Counted from the stretch's first letter, positions 1 to 11,172 are shown. The stretch is DNA of 64,000 nt from Oligoflexales bacterium (GCA_965215515.1 OZ244057.1:640001-704000); one strand, 5' to 3'. Notes: generated by a model from the sequence alone, not told the origin. Made by a program: numbers and translations.

Positions 1-96
1 CACCTCCGCGTCCGCCGCCGCCGTGGAAGACGTTTCCTCCTCGGTGGTACACGACAACGACAATAGCAAACCGCTAAAAAACAACAGATACCTCAT
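1..96 (-). CDS. Putative lipoprotein, N-terminal part (runs off the window edge)
   Basis: ATG at 96 with GGAGG upstream; translates MRYLLFFSGLLLSLSCTTEEE..., a lipobox-type signal peptide. Confidence 0.7.
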   Translation of the reverse strand, partial: MRYLLFFSGLLLSLSCTTEEETSSTAAADAEV

Positions 97-311
97 CACC
101 TCTACCTCCCCTAAAAAAAATGACCAAATCTGTACTGCTGTTCGGACAATTTTTGATTATACTAAGCCGTTGCTGGGATAAAATTTGCTATCCTGCGGGA
201 TCTGCCGTGCAGATGCCCCCAAATCTCGTGTTATCATCACTATCATCTTGGAGCACAATCCAGTTGTGCGCGGGAGGCTCGTGGCAGAAGGCCGCGTCTC
301 TTCGCTTAATC

Positions 312-707
312 CTACTCACCTGCAGTGCGGATGGTGAAGGTGGTGATACCTCCTGCACGCAGTTTGTCGATCAGGGCAATCACCTTGCCGTGTGGGGTAT
401 GTCGATCGGCAGCAACGGTGACCGCTTTGCCGCTGGCGGCGGTGCGGGCGATGGTTTCGGCTAGCTGGGAAACGGCGATCTGCTCGGCGTTGAAGTAGAC
501 TTGGGCAGTGGCGGTGAGGCTGAAAGTGACGGTATCGACATCGCTGGTGGCGGTGGTCGCCTGTGGCAAGCGGATTTTGATCCCACGGTCGTCGATATAG
601 CTGGTGGTAACCATAAAAATTACCAACAGCACCAGCATCACGTCTACCAGCGGGGTGATGTTGATCCCAGTAATCTCGTCCTCGTGAAAATTTTCCAGAG
701 CAGCCAT
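312..707 (-). CDS. exbD: ExbD/TolR family biopolymer transport protein
   Basis: INITPLVDVMLVLLVIFMVT motif and C-terminal AD..TPHGKVI; ATG 707 follows GGAGGT (the track ORF starts at 743). Confidence 0.9.
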   Translation of the reverse strand: MAALENFHEDEITGINITPLVDVMLVLLVIFMVTTSYIDDRGIKIRLPQATTATSDVDTVTFSLTATAQVYFNAEQIAVSQLAETIARTAASGKAVTVAADRHTPHGKVIALIDKLRAGGITTFTIRTAGE

Positions 708-790
708 TACCTCCCACCTCATCTTTATGTTCGCCATTGGCACTAACCACGGGTATAATCGGCAGCCGTTGCTGCCTGGATGAGTTTTTT

Positions 791-2452
791 ATGTCCGTTG
801 CTTTCGATGAATTCAAGGCTTTTGCCAAGAAAAATAAATTTTTTTATATCTTAGGCACCTGTGGCCTACTTCTGATTAACTTTAGCGAAGTTGCCACTCC
901 TAAAATCATCCAGTGGCTGATCGACCTCTTGGTAAGACAGGATAACAGTATCATCCCAGAGTTGTTACGCGGGGCATCGGTCACCGCGTCACTCTATTTC
1001 CTATCTTTCCTGCTGTTGTGCAACTTCAGCGCGGGGGCGATCGGAGCCGTCGTCTGGCGGGAAGGGTTGGGGCGCATGACGCACCTGGCTGGTAAGGAAA
1101 CCCGCCTCAGGTTTTGGCACAGGCTGAAGGAAGTGCGTTACGATCGCTTTTTACAGCGGTTTACGGTTGGCGATCTGATCAATCGCATCTCGCAGGACTA
1201 CAACGTCACCCGCTTCATGCACGGCTTTAACATCGTAGAGACACTAGACATCTTGTTTTTTACGTCTTTGGGCTTGGTACTGATGTTTCTCATCGATGCT
1301 GAGCTGACTATTTATTGCTTGCTGTGTTTTGCGATCACGCCACCTCTTATCGCCCGTCTCGCACACCGCGAATATCGGCAGCATCTGCACGCACAAGAGG
1401 AGTTGTCACGACTGTCGGATTTGGTGGCACAAGCGACCGCGACTATCAAACTACAGCGATCGAGTGGGAGCGAATTCTTTTGGCAAGACAAGCTCGGTCT
1501 GTCGGCGAAAGAATATGCCCAGCGCAGTTATCGGGTGCAGAAGACAGAATGGCATATTTTCGCGTGCGGAGCACTGCCTGTTATTTGTTCTTATGCCCTA
1601 CTGTGTGGGCTGGGGATACAAAAAATTGTGACAGACAAATTGTCACTCGGTGAATTTTTTGCTTTGGCCTCGTATATTTCGATGCTGCAATCGCGACTCT
1701 ACATGTTGAGTAGCTGTATTTCGACCTGGCAACGTGGCTTGGCAAGCTACGGGCGGATACTAGAAATTATCAAAGCCAAGCTGACCAGACAGAAAAAACA
1801 AAACACGACAGACTTTAGCCAACCATTGTTGGAGATAAAATCTTTGTCTTTTGCTTATGGCAAGCATCAGGCCGTGAGTTTTTTTAATCTGCGGTTAATG
1901 GAGCGTGAATGGCTGGGAATCGCGGGGGCGTTAGGCACAGGCAAGACTACAATTTTGCGCTGTGTACTGGGTTTATTGCCCGTAGTGGACAAAAAGATTT
2001 TTCTATTCGGTGCAGACATCAACGGTGTGCCTGATAAAATGCGTAGCAAGTTAATTTCTTATGTTCCGCAGAAAGTTTTTTTGTTTTCAACCACAATCCG
2101 TGAGAATCTTTGCCTCGATCGTTATGAAGATGAAAAAAAACTTTGGCAAGTGCTTAAGATTGTGCAGTTACACGAGTTTGTTGCTAGTTTGCCCCAGCAG
2201 CTTGACACCAAAATCGGTGAATGGGGGGTGGATCTTTCCGGAGGGCAGAAACAACGTTTAGCAATTGGGCGGGCGATTTTATGCAACCCGAAGTTGCTGC
2301 TGTTCGATGATTGTTTCAGTGCTATCGACAGTATCACCGAGCACATGATTATGCGGCGGGTACGGGTTTTTCTCGCCCATACTGCGATTATCTGGGCATC
2401 GCATCGTGCATCTTCGTTACGCTTATGCACTAAAATTATTACTTTGTATTGA
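791..2452 (+). CDS. Type IV ABC exporter, fused permease/ATPase subunit (MdlA-like)
   Basis: N-terminal TM domain, Walker A GALGTGKT, LSGGQ, degenerate Walker B LLLFDD; start uncertain (737 or 791). Confidence 0.88.
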   Translation: MSVAFDEFKAFAKKNKFFYILGTCGLLLINFSEVATPKIIQWLIDLLVRQDNSIIPELLRGASVTASLYFLSFLLLCNFSAGAIGAVVWREGLGRMTHLAGKETRLRFWHRLKEVRYDRFLQRFTVGDLINRISQDYNVTRFMHGFNIVETLDILFFTSLGLVLMFLIDAELTIYCLLCFAITPPLIARLAHREYRQHLHAQEELSRLSDLVAQATATIKLQRSSGSEFFWQDKLGLSAKEYAQRSYRVQKTEWHIFACGALPVICSYALLCGLGIQKIVTDKLSLGEFFALASYISMLQSRLYMLSSCISTWQRGLASYGRILEIIKAKLTRQKKQNTTDFSQPLLEIKSLSFAYGKHQAVSFFNLRLMEREWLGIAGALGTGKTTILRCVLGLLPVVDKKIFLFGADINGVPDKMRSKLISYVPQKVFLFSTTIRENLCLDRYEDEKKLWQVLKIVQLHEFVASLPQQLDTKIGEWGVDLSGGQKQRLAIGRAILCNPKLLLFDDCFSAIDSITEHMIMRRVRVFLAHTAIIWASHRASSLRLCTKIITLY

Positions 2453-2459
2453 GACAGAC

Positions 2460-4238
2460 ATGGGTCTTAAGGAACTTAAAAAACGTGTGAGAGCACTGGT
2501 CAGAGAAGATGAGGTTTACCAATCTTCTGATGTGAGTGGTGTTGCCTATCTGTTATCTTTGTCACGAGAAAATTATTACAGATTATTTTCTGCTATTGCA
2601 GTGCTGATGTTAAGTGTTGCTTGCTTAATGATCTCAGTGCGCCTGTTGGGCTGGCTGTTTGAAGATCTCGCGGGCAACAGAAATTTTATGTGGCAGTATG
2701 CCATGGTTTTCATCGTCTTCGAACTGCTGGCCGCGGCACTGCGTTATGGGGGGTCGATTTTTATGTCTTATACGACGACCTCTATTATTTTGGAGGTACG
2801 CAAAAAATTATTCCGAAAGCTAACTCTCTTGCCCATAACCTACTTCGATCGGCAGCCGCTAGGACGCACAGTTGCTCGTATTACTAATGATGTTGAGCGG
2901 GTTGAGTATTTCTTTTCTCGCGTTCTTGCCGACTCGCTATGTGCCCTGATTGAAATCGGCTTGATTTTAGTGGCCATGATTGTGACCGATGCCAAAATGG
3001 GCGTTATCATCGCCTGCACAAGCATTCCCGCCTTTGTTTTCGCCCTAGCAATGCGAGCACCTGTCAAGTATTGGATGCGCATGCACAAAAAACTCGATGC
3101 GTCGATAATTTCAAAGTTTGCTGAGTATACCAACGGCTTCGAAGTTTTGAAAAGCTTTAATCTTGAGCAGTGGAGCTCCCGTAAATTCGAGGATATCAAT
3201 ATTCTCAATTACTTAGTGCATCTCACGATCATGCACTGGAACTCGTTTATCCGTTCAACGATTATGCTGCTGTGTCAGTTACCAGTCTTTTTTGTTTGTT
3301 TACTATGTGGAGCGATGGTCATCGACAATACCCTAAGTCTAGCAATATTTATCAGCATGCTGCGTTTTAGCGAGCGTTTTATGTCACCTGTGCGCTCGCT
3401 CTCTCATGACATTCAAATCATTCAAGATGCCTTAACTTCAGCAGAGCGGGTGCGGCAGATGTTGCAGGAGATTGAAGAACCTCGCTACGAAGGTGCGCTT
3501 GCCAAACGAGTGTGGGGTGACATCACTTTTGATAACGTGAGTATGGATTATTTTCGCGATAAAGGCGTGTTGAAGGGAATAAGCTTTGCCATTAAAAAAG
3601 GGACGAAGGCTGGCCTGGTCGGTGAAACAGGCGCGGGCAAAACCTCGACCGTCAACCTCATTCCTGCCTTGTATAATTATACCGCAGGTGACATTAGCAT
3701 CGATGGTATCTCGCTGCGCAAATGGTCGAAGCAGTGGGTGCGTAGGCACATCGGCTACATCAACCAAGATGTGGTGATTTTCCGCGGCTCGTTACGCGAG
3801 AACATCGTTTGCGCACAAAAAAATGTCAGCGATCATGCTATCTATAGCCTCGCGGCACGGCTGGGTTTCAAGGAGCGGCTGGCGGCGTTCCCTGACGCTC
3901 TCAACACCTTAGTGCTAGAACACGGGCAGAACTTAAGTGCAGGCGAACGGCAGATAATCGCCTTCATGCGCATGATGATCAAAGAACCGAGTATTCTGAT
4001 TCTCGATGAAGCCACCGCTAACGTCGATCACGATTACGAAAAACTGCTACACCATGCCCTGTTTGAAATGATGGCGGACAAGACTTGTTTTATCATTGCG
4101 CATCGCCTACGCACCGTTAAGCAATGCGATACAATTCTCGTTTTCAAACACGGGCGTATCGTCGAACGCGGCGACCACGACAGCCTGGTGGCGGTGGAAA
4201 ACGGCTATTACCGCAACATGCATAAAGCTCTGCTGTGA
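2460..4238 (+). CDS. Type IV ABC exporter, fused permease/ATPase subunit (MdlB-like)
   Basis: TM domain, GETGAGKT, LSAGE, LILDEAT, IAHRL; likely partner of the upstream subunit. Confidence 0.9.
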   Translation: MGLKELKKRVRALVREDEVYQSSDVSGVAYLLSLSRENYYRLFSAIAVLMLSVACLMISVRLLGWLFEDLAGNRNFMWQYAMVFIVFELLAAALRYGGSIFMSYTTTSIILEVRKKLFRKLTLLPITYFDRQPLGRTVARITNDVERVEYFFSRVLADSLCALIEIGLILVAMIVTDAKMGVIIACTSIPAFVFALAMRAPVKYWMRMHKKLDASIISKFAEYTNGFEVLKSFNLEQWSSRKFEDINILNYLVHLTIMHWNSFIRSTIMLLCQLPVFFVCLLCGAMVIDNTLSLAIFISMLRFSERFMSPVRSLSHDIQIIQDALTSAERVRQMLQEIEEPRYEGALAKRVWGDITFDNVSMDYFRDKGVLKGISFAIKKGTKAGLVGETGAGKTSTVNLIPALYNYTAGDISIDGISLRKWSKQWVRRHIGYINQDVVIFRGSLRENIVCAQKNVSDHAIYSLAARLGFKERLAAFPDALNTLVLEHGQNLSAGERQIIAFMRMMIKEPSILILDEATANVDHDYEKLLHHALFEMMADKTCFIIAHRLRTVKQCDTILVFKHGRIVERGDHDSLVAVENGYYRNMHKALL

Positions 4239-4409
4239 ACCTGACACACCGACCCTAGTCCAACACTTCCGCCACCACTCCCGCATAGCCGTCGGGCGTG
4301 GCAGACGCAAGCACTGCCCCTCGAGTACAGTGTAGCGAAGAAGCTTGCAAGTGTTCCTGTCTTTCCTGTATAGGTCGGGGCGGGGGAGGTTATCGGGTGG
4401 ATTACGCCA

Positions 4410-6059
4410 TTGGCTGGTGACAGCGTACGCATAACCCCTATCGGGGGTTGTGGTGAGTTCGGTAAGAACTTAACTCTCTACATCTATAGGGATGCCGTCT
4501 ACGTCGTTGACTGCGGAGTCAAGTTTGCGGAGGTATGGCAGCCAGGGATCATGGGCTTGATTCCTGACTGTGATCAAGTCTTTGCTGCCTACGGTGCGCC
4601 GACTGCTTATCTGTTGACCCACGGGCATGAAGACCACATCGGCGCGGTACCGCTGTTTTACGAGGACTGGCCTGCGCCGATCTATACGACGGCATGGACG
4701 ATGGAGCTTATCAAGATAAAATTTGAAAAATACGGGATGTCGTTCAAAGATAAAACGCATGTTGTCAAAGGGGGTGACATGCTAAAATTTGCCGACGGGT
4801 TAAGTGTCGAGTGGGTGGCGATGAATCATTCTATTCCGATGACCTGTTCGCTGGTTATCAGCACGCCGCGCTTGCGCATCTTTCATTCGGGTGATTTTAA
4901 ATTCGACCCTGATCCGCCTTACGAGTCCCCGACCGATGTTGAGGCTCTGCGTCGCTTGCGCCCCATCGATTTGATGCTGGTAGACAGTACTAACTCCGCG
5001 GTGGCGGGCGATTCGCCGAGCGAGAAAAGTGTGCGTGAGCCGCTGCGCAAGTATCTGCGTGGCGACCATCCTCGTATCTATCTTACCACTTTCGCCAGCA
5101 ATCTGTGGCGTTTGTTGCAGGTCATTGAGATTGCGCAGGAGTTGGGGAAGAAGGTTTATGCGTGCAGCAGAGCGATTGAAACTTCCCTCGCGATCGGTGC
5201 GCAGCTGGGACTTTACGATACCGAACGTTATAGGGTGACAATCATCACGCGCACGACGAGAGAAATTGCTGCTACCGATGCCGTGGTGCTGGTATCTGGT
5301 TGTCAGGGTGAGCGTTTCTCGACGCTGGCACGGGTGGCCAGTGATCGTCTTCGCGCTTGTGTGTTGGGGGAACGCGATCTTGTGTTGTTCTCTTCTCGCC
5401 CTATCCCTGGCAACGAACTGTCGATTATCAAGCTGTGCGAGCGTGTCAAAGAGCGTGGGGCGCAAGTCATCAGTGTGCGTGAAGATCGAGGTGTGCACGT
5501 CAGCGGGCATGCACACAGCAAAGACATCGAGAATTTAATCGCGGCACTTGCTCCCAAGACTCTCCTGCCAGTGCACGGCAACTACAGTCATCTTGACGGG
5601 GTACAAAAACTCAACCGTACCGCACAGTCCTTCGTGCCCACCAACGGCGATTTATTCGAACTTTCACCAGAAGGTTTGCAGCTACTTTCCTCTGAGCAGT
5701 TCGACGATCTTTACGTCGATGCGGAATCACTTGTGCCGCTGTCCTTTCACACCATGAAAGATAGAGTACGTTTGGGTGAAGGGGGGCTATGCGAAGTCGT
5801 CGGGGTTCTCGACAAACGCAATCGCAACTGGTTACTCTCCCCTCACATCAGCAACGTGACGGGTATTATCGATGGGGATGGGGTAGCGACTTTGCGACAA
5901 CGGGTCGGGGAAGCACTGCACAAGCGATTGCACAGTGCTGACTTTGCCGACCAAACCCTCGCGGAGATAAACAATACCGTGCGCATCATGTTTAGGCGAC
6001 AGGTAAACCTCTGTGTGGGCAAGAAAACCTTCGTCACCAGCAACATCGTAGAAGTTTAG
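4410..6059 (+). CDS. rnj: Ribonuclease J
   Basis: PIGGCGEFGKN, THGHEDHIG, HSGDFK, DSTN, HVSGH and PVHG motifs of the MBL/beta-CASP family. Confidence 0.92.
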   Translation: MAGDSVRITPIGGCGEFGKNLTLYIYRDAVYVVDCGVKFAEVWQPGIMGLIPDCDQVFAAYGAPTAYLLTHGHEDHIGAVPLFYEDWPAPIYTTAWTMELIKIKFEKYGMSFKDKTHVVKGGDMLKFADGLSVEWVAMNHSIPMTCSLVISTPRLRIFHSGDFKFDPDPPYESPTDVEALRRLRPIDLMLVDSTNSAVAGDSPSEKSVREPLRKYLRGDHPRIYLTTFASNLWRLLQVIEIAQELGKKVYACSRAIETSLAIGAQLGLYDTERYRVTIITRTTREIAATDAVVLVSGCQGERFSTLARVASDRLRACVLGERDLVLFSSRPIPGNELSIIKLCERVKERGAQVISVREDRGVHVSGHAHSKDIENLIAALAPKTLLPVHGNYSHLDGVQKLNRTAQSFVPTNGDLFELSPEGLQLLSSEQFDDLYVDAESLVPLSFHTMKDRVRLGEGGLCEVVGVLDKRNRNWLLSPHISNVTGIIDGDGVATLRQRVGEALHKRLHSADFADQTLAEINNTVRIMFRRQVNLCVGKKTFVTSNIVEV

Positions 6060-6230
6060 ACAGCAAAAAAGCTTGTGTGTGGCACTAGCGATCTCTTCAA
6101 AACCACCCATGCCGATAGGTACGCGACCTCGGGGTTCTGTCGTCGCACTGGTCAGGAAAAACTTGCATCTGGTGTAGGGTGCGGTATATTGGGTGGTAAC
6201 CATTTTTAATTATTTGCAGGAGTTATACGC

Positions 6231-7394
6231 ATGTTTAACCGATTCTTGGTAAGCCTAGTTTGTGCGATCGCTATGGTCTGTGCTGCGAGTCATGTGCTTG
6301 CCGCGGAGACGATTAAGATAGGGATTGCGGGGCCGTTCAGCGGTTTTGCCGCGTCTTTTGGTGCGCAGGTGTGGCAAGGCGGGAAGCTGGCGGTCGCGCA
6401 CATCAACGCACAGGGGGGCATCGACGGGCGCAAAGTTGCCCTGATCAAAGCGGACGACGCTTGTGAGCCGAAGCAGGCGGTTGCGGTGGCCAACAAACTG
6501 ACGGTGAAAGACAAGGTAAGTGCAGTAGTTGGCCACTTCTGTTCTTCTTCGACGATGCCTGCGTCGACCATTTATGCGGAGAACAACGTGTTGATGATTA
6601 CGCCCGCCTCGACCAACCCCAAGGTTACCACACGCGGGTTGAAGACGGTATTCAGGACGTGTGGACGTGACGATCAGCAGGGAGCAGTGGCGGCAAAGTT
6701 TATCGCCCAGCGTCTGCAAGCGAAGCGGATAGCTATCGTGCACGACAAGGATACTTACGGGCAGGGGTTCGCCGACGAGGTGCGTGCCAACTTGCAAAAA
6801 ATGCGCGGCACAGGTCTGCAAGAGGTCATGTATGAGGGCTTGACCAGAGGCGAGAAGAACTTCAGCGCGCTGGTGACCAAAATCAAGTCGGTCAAGGCGG
6901 ATGTGGTATTTTTCGGTGGCGTGCACAGCGAAGCGGGGCCGTTGGTGCGGCAGATGCGGCAGCAGGGGTTGAAGGCACACTTCGTTTCGGGCGACGGTAT
7001 TGTTAGCGATGATATGGTGGTTACCGCAGGTGGGCAGAAATTCGTCAGGGGTATTTACATGACTTTTGCCCGTGACCCGCGCAATCGTCCTGCGGGCGAA
7101 AAAATCGTAGCGGAATACCGCAAGATGGGGTTTGAACCCGAAGGCTACACGCTTTACACCTATGCTGCGGTGCAGGCGGTCGTGGCGGCGATGAAAGGAA
7201 CACTGGGGAAAAACCCCCGTCCCGATGGTTTGAAGATGGCCAAGTGGTTGAAGAGCAACACGGTGAAGACGGTGATGGGACCGCGGGCCTGGGATAAAAA
7301 CGGCGACCTGACCACCATAGACTATGTCGTTTACAAATGGACGTTCGACAGCAAAGATCGCAAGTATCGTGAGTTGAAGGCAAACGAGTTATAG
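6231..7394 (+). CDS. livK: Branched-chain amino acid ABC transporter substrate-binding protein
   Basis: Signal peptide, DDACEPKQAVAVAN, GHFCSS, RTCGRDDQQG. Confidence 0.93.
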   Translation: MFNRFLVSLVCAIAMVCAASHVLAAETIKIGIAGPFSGFAASFGAQVWQGGKLAVAHINAQGGIDGRKVALIKADDACEPKQAVAVANKLTVKDKVSAVVGHFCSSSTMPASTIYAENNVLMITPASTNPKVTTRGLKTVFRTCGRDDQQGAVAAKFIAQRLQAKRIAIVHDKDTYGQGFADEVRANLQKMRGTGLQEVMYEGLTRGEKNFSALVTKIKSVKADVVFFGGVHSEAGPLVRQMRQQGLKAHFVSGDGIVSDDMVVTAGGQKFVRGIYMTFARDPRNRPAGEKIVAEYRKMGFEPEGYTLYTYAAVQAVVAAMKGTLGKNPRPDGLKMAKWLKSNTVKTVMGPRAWDKNGDLTTIDYVVYKWTFDSKDRKYRELKANEL

Positions 7395-7409
7395 TTTGCT
7401 GCGGGTGTC

Positions 7410-8351
7410 GTGGCGTGCGCAGGAGGGGCGAAAATCGACCTGTATATTTTAGCTCAGCAGGTTCTTAACGGTGTTGTTCTGGGATCTGTCTACGGATTGA
7501 TTGCGGTTGGCTATACGATGGTCTACGGGATTGTCGGGATGGTCAACTTCGCCCACGGCGATGTCTACATGATTTCTGCTTACGTGGCGGCCGTCGTCTT
7601 GGCGGTTTTTTTTGCTTTTGGCTTCAATTCTGTGTTCATGGCTTTGTCGGTCGCCATGCTGTTGGCGGTGGTCATTACCGCGTTGTATGGCTGGGCGATC
7701 GAGCGCGTTGCTTATCGTCCGCTGCGCGGGGCGGGGCGGCTAGCACCGATGATTTCGGCTATCGGTATGTCGTTGGTGTTGCAAAATTATGTCAGAATCA
7801 GTCAAGGGGCACGTCCGCAGGGTGTACCGACTTTGTTCGATGGCAATCTCACTTTTGGTCAGGGAGAGAACATCGTACAGATATCGCATACGCAATTTTT
7901 CATCGTTATCGTTGCCCTGCTTAGTATGGCGGTATTGACTTTGATTATCGCGAAAACTCGGCTGGGTCGTGCTTGTCGTGCCGTGCAGCAGGACGTGACG
8001 ATGGCAGCTATCTTGGGAGTCAACGTCAATCGTACTGTCGCGTGGGTGTTTGTTATCGGTGCGGCGATGGCGGCCATTGCAGGCGTGTTGGTAACTTTTA
8101 ATTACGGCACGTTTGATTTTTACATCGGGTTTGTCACGGGCATCAAGGCGTTCACCGCCGCGGTGTTGGGTGGTATCGGCTCGTTGCCAGGGGCGATGTT
8201 GGGAGGCATTGTGCTGGGTTTGTGCGAAGCATTGTTTTCGGGATTGATCAACACCGACTACAAGGATGTATTTGCTTTCTCTATTCTGGTGTTGGTGTTG
8301 ATCTTCAAACCCAGCGGTTTGTTGGGCAAGCCCGCGGTGGAGAAAGTCTAA
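7410..8351 (+). CDS. livH: Branched-chain amino acid ABC transporter permease
   Basis: YGLIAVGYTMVYG, NFAHGD, KAFTAAVLGGIGS; the true start may be ATC at 7434. Confidence 0.93.
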   Translation: MACAGGAKIDLYILAQQVLNGVVLGSVYGLIAVGYTMVYGIVGMVNFAHGDVYMISAYVAAVVLAVFFAFGFNSVFMALSVAMLLAVVITALYGWAIERVAYRPLRGAGRLAPMISAIGMSLVLQNYVRISQGARPQGVPTLFDGNLTFGQGENIVQISHTQFFIVIVALLSMAVLTLIIAKTRLGRACRAVQQDVTMAAILGVNVNRTVAWVFVIGAAMAAIAGVLVTFNYGTFDFYIGFVTGIKAFTAAVLGGIGSLPGAMLGGIVLGLCEALFSGLINTDYKDVFAFSILVLVLIFKPSGLLGKPAVEKV

Positions 8352-8354
8352 GCC

Positions 8355-9593
8355 ATGCCGCGTGCGTTGTGCAAAGATGTTCTGCTGACTTTTTGTCTTG
8401 CTCTGATAATTTTTCTACCTATCACGGGTGTTATCTTGCAGGGGTACAGCTATCAGCTTGCCTTACATCGTCCCTTGTTACTGGCTTTCATCGTTGTCTG
8501 CGGCAAATTGCTGTTGCTATGGTGGCGAGGGAGGAAAACGAGAGCGAGCACTTGGGGGGAAGGAATAAAGCGACGAGTTGTTACGTCGTGGCCATCGTGG
8601 ACGTGGCGGCCGCGACGGTTGTTTTCTGTTTTGGCGGGGGTGTTGTTGCTGATGCCGTTGCTGGTCAACGAATACTGGTTGACGGTGCTCATTGCGGTCT
8701 TCATTTATATTTTGCTAGGGCTGGGCTTGAACATCGTCGTCGGGTTGGCGGGGCTCTTGGATCTGGGTTTTGTCGCTTTTTATGCCGTCGGTGCGTACAG
8801 TTATGCGCTGGGGGCACAGTATTTGGGGTTGGGGTTTTGGACGGCATTGCCGTTTGCGATGGTGTTGGCAGCCTGTTGCGGGGTGTTGCTGGGGTTTCCT
8901 GTCTTGCGTATGCACGGCGATTATCTTGCCATTGTGACTCTTGGTTTCGGCGAAATAATTCGTTTGGTACTCAATAACTGGCTGGAATTTACGGGCGGGC
9001 CGAATGGGGTACAAGCCCCCGCCCCGACTTTCTTGGGTCTAGAGTTTGCTCCCACGGCGACGCAAGGTGGACAACCGCTGCATGAGTTTTTGGGCATAGA
9101 TTATGCGATCTCCTATCGTTATACTTTCATTTACTTGCTGTTGTTGCTGGTGGTGTGTGGCGCAATTTTTTTTGTTAGTCGCCTCAAACACACACCGCTC
9201 GGTCGTTCGTGGGAGGCGCTGCGGGAGGACGAGGTTGCTTGCCGTTCGTTAGGGTTAAATCACGTGACCATCAAGCTGTCGGCGTTCAGCATGGGGGCGA
9301 CGATCGGTGGCTTGGCGGGGGTGTTTTTCGCCGCCCAGCAGGGGTTTATCAATCCGACTTCGTTTACTTTTTTCGAGTCGGCGTTGATTTTATGTATCGT
9401 TGTCCTCGGTGGAGGAGGATCGATAGGCGGGGTGATTGCCGCGGCGGTGGTGATTACGCTGTTACCAGAAATTCTGCGGGAGTTTTCTGATTTTCGCATT
9501 ATTTTGTTTGGCGGGCTAATGGTGGTGATGATGATATGGAAACCACGCGGTTTTGTCGTCGCTAAGCGGCAGCAGTTTGAGCAGACTGAATGA
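8355..9593 (+). CDS. livM: Branched-chain amino acid ABC transporter permease
   Basis: [41 protein letters not shown]. Confidence 0.93.
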   Translation: MPRALCKDVLLTFCLALIIFLPITGVILQGYSYQLALHRPLLLAFIVVCGKLLLLWWRGRKTRASTWGEGIKRRVVTSWPSWTWRPRRLFSVLAGVLLLMPLLVNEYWLTVLIAVFIYILLGLGLNIVVGLAGLLDLGFVAFYAVGAYSYALGAQYLGLGFWTALPFAMVLAACCGVLLGFPVLRMHGDYLAIVTLGFGEIIRLVLNNWLEFTGGPNGVQAPAPTFLGLEFAPTATQGGQPLHEFLGIDYAISYRYTFIYLLLLLVVCGAIFFVSRLKHTPLGRSWEALREDEVACRSLGLNHVTIKLSAFSMGATIGGLAGVFFAAQQGFINPTSFTFFESALILCIVVLGGGGSIGGVIAAAVVITLLPEILREFSDFRIILFGGLMVVMMIWKPRGFVVAKRQQFEQTE

Positions 9594-10468
9594 CGCGGGA
9601 GGCGGAAGAACCGCTGCTCAGGGTCGAAGGGCTAGGGATGAGCTTTGGCGGCTTGGTGGCGTTGGATAACATCAATTTCCGTGTGCCGCGCGATGCGGTA
9701 ACGGCACTGATCGGGCCGAACGGTGCGGGCAAGACGACGGTATTTAATTGTTTGACAGGCTTTTATCGTCCCACGCACGGTAAGGTTATGTTGTGCGGCA
9801 AAGATGGGGTGGTCGATGTCGTGGAGTTGTTGGGCAAGTCGTTTGCCCCCGCGGATATTTTTGCGCCTTCGCACTTGGCACGCAAGTTGTATTACAAGAT
9901 ATTTGGTGGCACGCATCAGATAATTCGGCGTGGTATTGCTCGCACCTTTCAGAATACGCGGTTATTCACGGCGATGACAGTGATGGAAAACCTGCTGGTG
10001 GCGCAGCATCAGGCGACGCACCGCAATTTGCTGGCGGGAGTGTTCGAGTCACCTTCCTATCTGCGCACCGAGAAACAGCTCGTCACACGGGCACGAGACT
10101 GGCTGCGAGAGTTTGGTTTAGAAAAGGAGAGTAATCGTTTGGCGGGTGAACTGCCTTACGGTCAACAAAAAAAACTGGAGATTGTACGTGCTCTATGCAC
10201 TGAGCCGACGCTGATCTGTTTTGACGAGCCTGCGGCGGGGTTGAATAATTCCGAGACACGGGAACTGGCTGCGTTGATTCGCAATATCTGTCGTGGTTAC
10301 GGTATCGCGGTGCTCATCATCGAGCACGACATGATGTTAGTGATGCAGATTTCCGATCATGTTGTCGTGCTGGATTCAGGGCAGGTCATTGCGGATGGCA
10401 CACCTGCGCAGGTCAGAAACGACCCGCGTGTGTTGTCCGCTTATCTCGGTACGGAAGAGAGCGGTTGA
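9590..10468 (+). CDS. livG: Branched-chain amino acid ABC transporter ATP-binding protein
   Basis: [37 protein letters not shown]. Confidence 0.93.
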   Translation: MTREAEEPLLRVEGLGMSFGGLVALDNINFRVPRDAVTALIGPNGAGKTTVFNCLTGFYRPTHGKVMLCGKDGVVDVVELLGKSFAPADIFAPSHLARKLYYKIFGGTHQIIRRGIARTFQNTRLFTAMTVMENLLVAQHQATHRNLLAGVFESPSYLRTEKQLVTRARDWLREFGLEKESNRLAGELPYGQQKKLEIVRALCTEPTLICFDEPAAGLNNSETRELAALIRNICRGYGIAVLIIEHDMMLVMQISDHVVVLDSGQVIADGTPAQVRNDPRVLSAYLGTEESG

Positions 10469-11172
10469 TGTTGCGCATCGACAAGGCCAGTGTTTGGTAT
10501 GGGCAGATACAAGCTTTGCGGCAGGTATCGCTGCGTGTTGAGCAACGCGAGATTGTGACTTTGATCGGCGCAAACGGTGCGGGCAAATCGACCCTGATGA
10601 TGGCGGTGTTTGGGCAGCCACCGTTACGCAGTGGCAGTGTTGTGTTTGAAGGGCATGACTTGACACGTGTGCCGTCCCATAAGGTATCGAGTTATGGCAT
10701 TACGTTGGTACCCGAGGGACGCAGGGTTTTTCCGCAGATGACGGTAGGGGAGAATTTGCTCACAGGAACGATGCAACGTCGTGACCGCAGCATCGACGAG
10801 GACATGGCACGGGTGTATACGACTTTTCCCGTGCTCAAGAAACGGCATGGACAGCGGGCGGGCACGTTGTCGGGTGGTGAACAGCAGATGCTGGCTATCG
10901 GACGTGGTTTAATGGCACGTCCTAAGTTATTGTTGCTCGATGAACCTTCGCTCGGTCTAGCGCCGTTGATTATGCGGCAGATATTCCAAATTTTGCACAA
11001 AATAGCCGCCGAGGGCACGACGATTTTTCTGGTGGAGCAGAACGCCAACCTGGCCTTGCAGTTTGCGCAACGCGGCTATGTGCTAGTCAACGGCGAGGTT
11101 GCTTTGTCGGGCACGAGTGCCGCGTTGATGGCTAACGACGATGTGCAACGTGCTTATCTCGGCGGGCACTAG
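10465..11172 (+). CDS. livF: Branched-chain amino acid ABC transporter ATP-binding protein
   Basis: GANGAGKST, PEGRRVF, LSGGEQQM, DEPSLGLAP. Confidence 0.93.
   Translation: MMLRIDKASVWYGQIQALRQVSLRVEQREIVTLIGANGAGKSTLMMAVFGQPPLRSGSVVFEGHDLTRVPSHKVSSYGITLVPEGRRVFPQMTVGENLLTGTMQRRDRSIDEDMARVYTTFPVLKKRHGQRAGTLSGGEQQMLAIGRGLMARPKLLLLDEPSLGLAPLIMRQIFQILHKIAAEGTTIFLVEQNANLALQFAQRGYVLVNGEVALSGTSAALMANDDVQRAYLGGH

Noticed and set aside
230..248. Fur-box-like GATGATAGTGATGATAAC (- strand) near exbD
   Set aside because: Poor match to the 19-bp consensus, and it lies downstream of exbD
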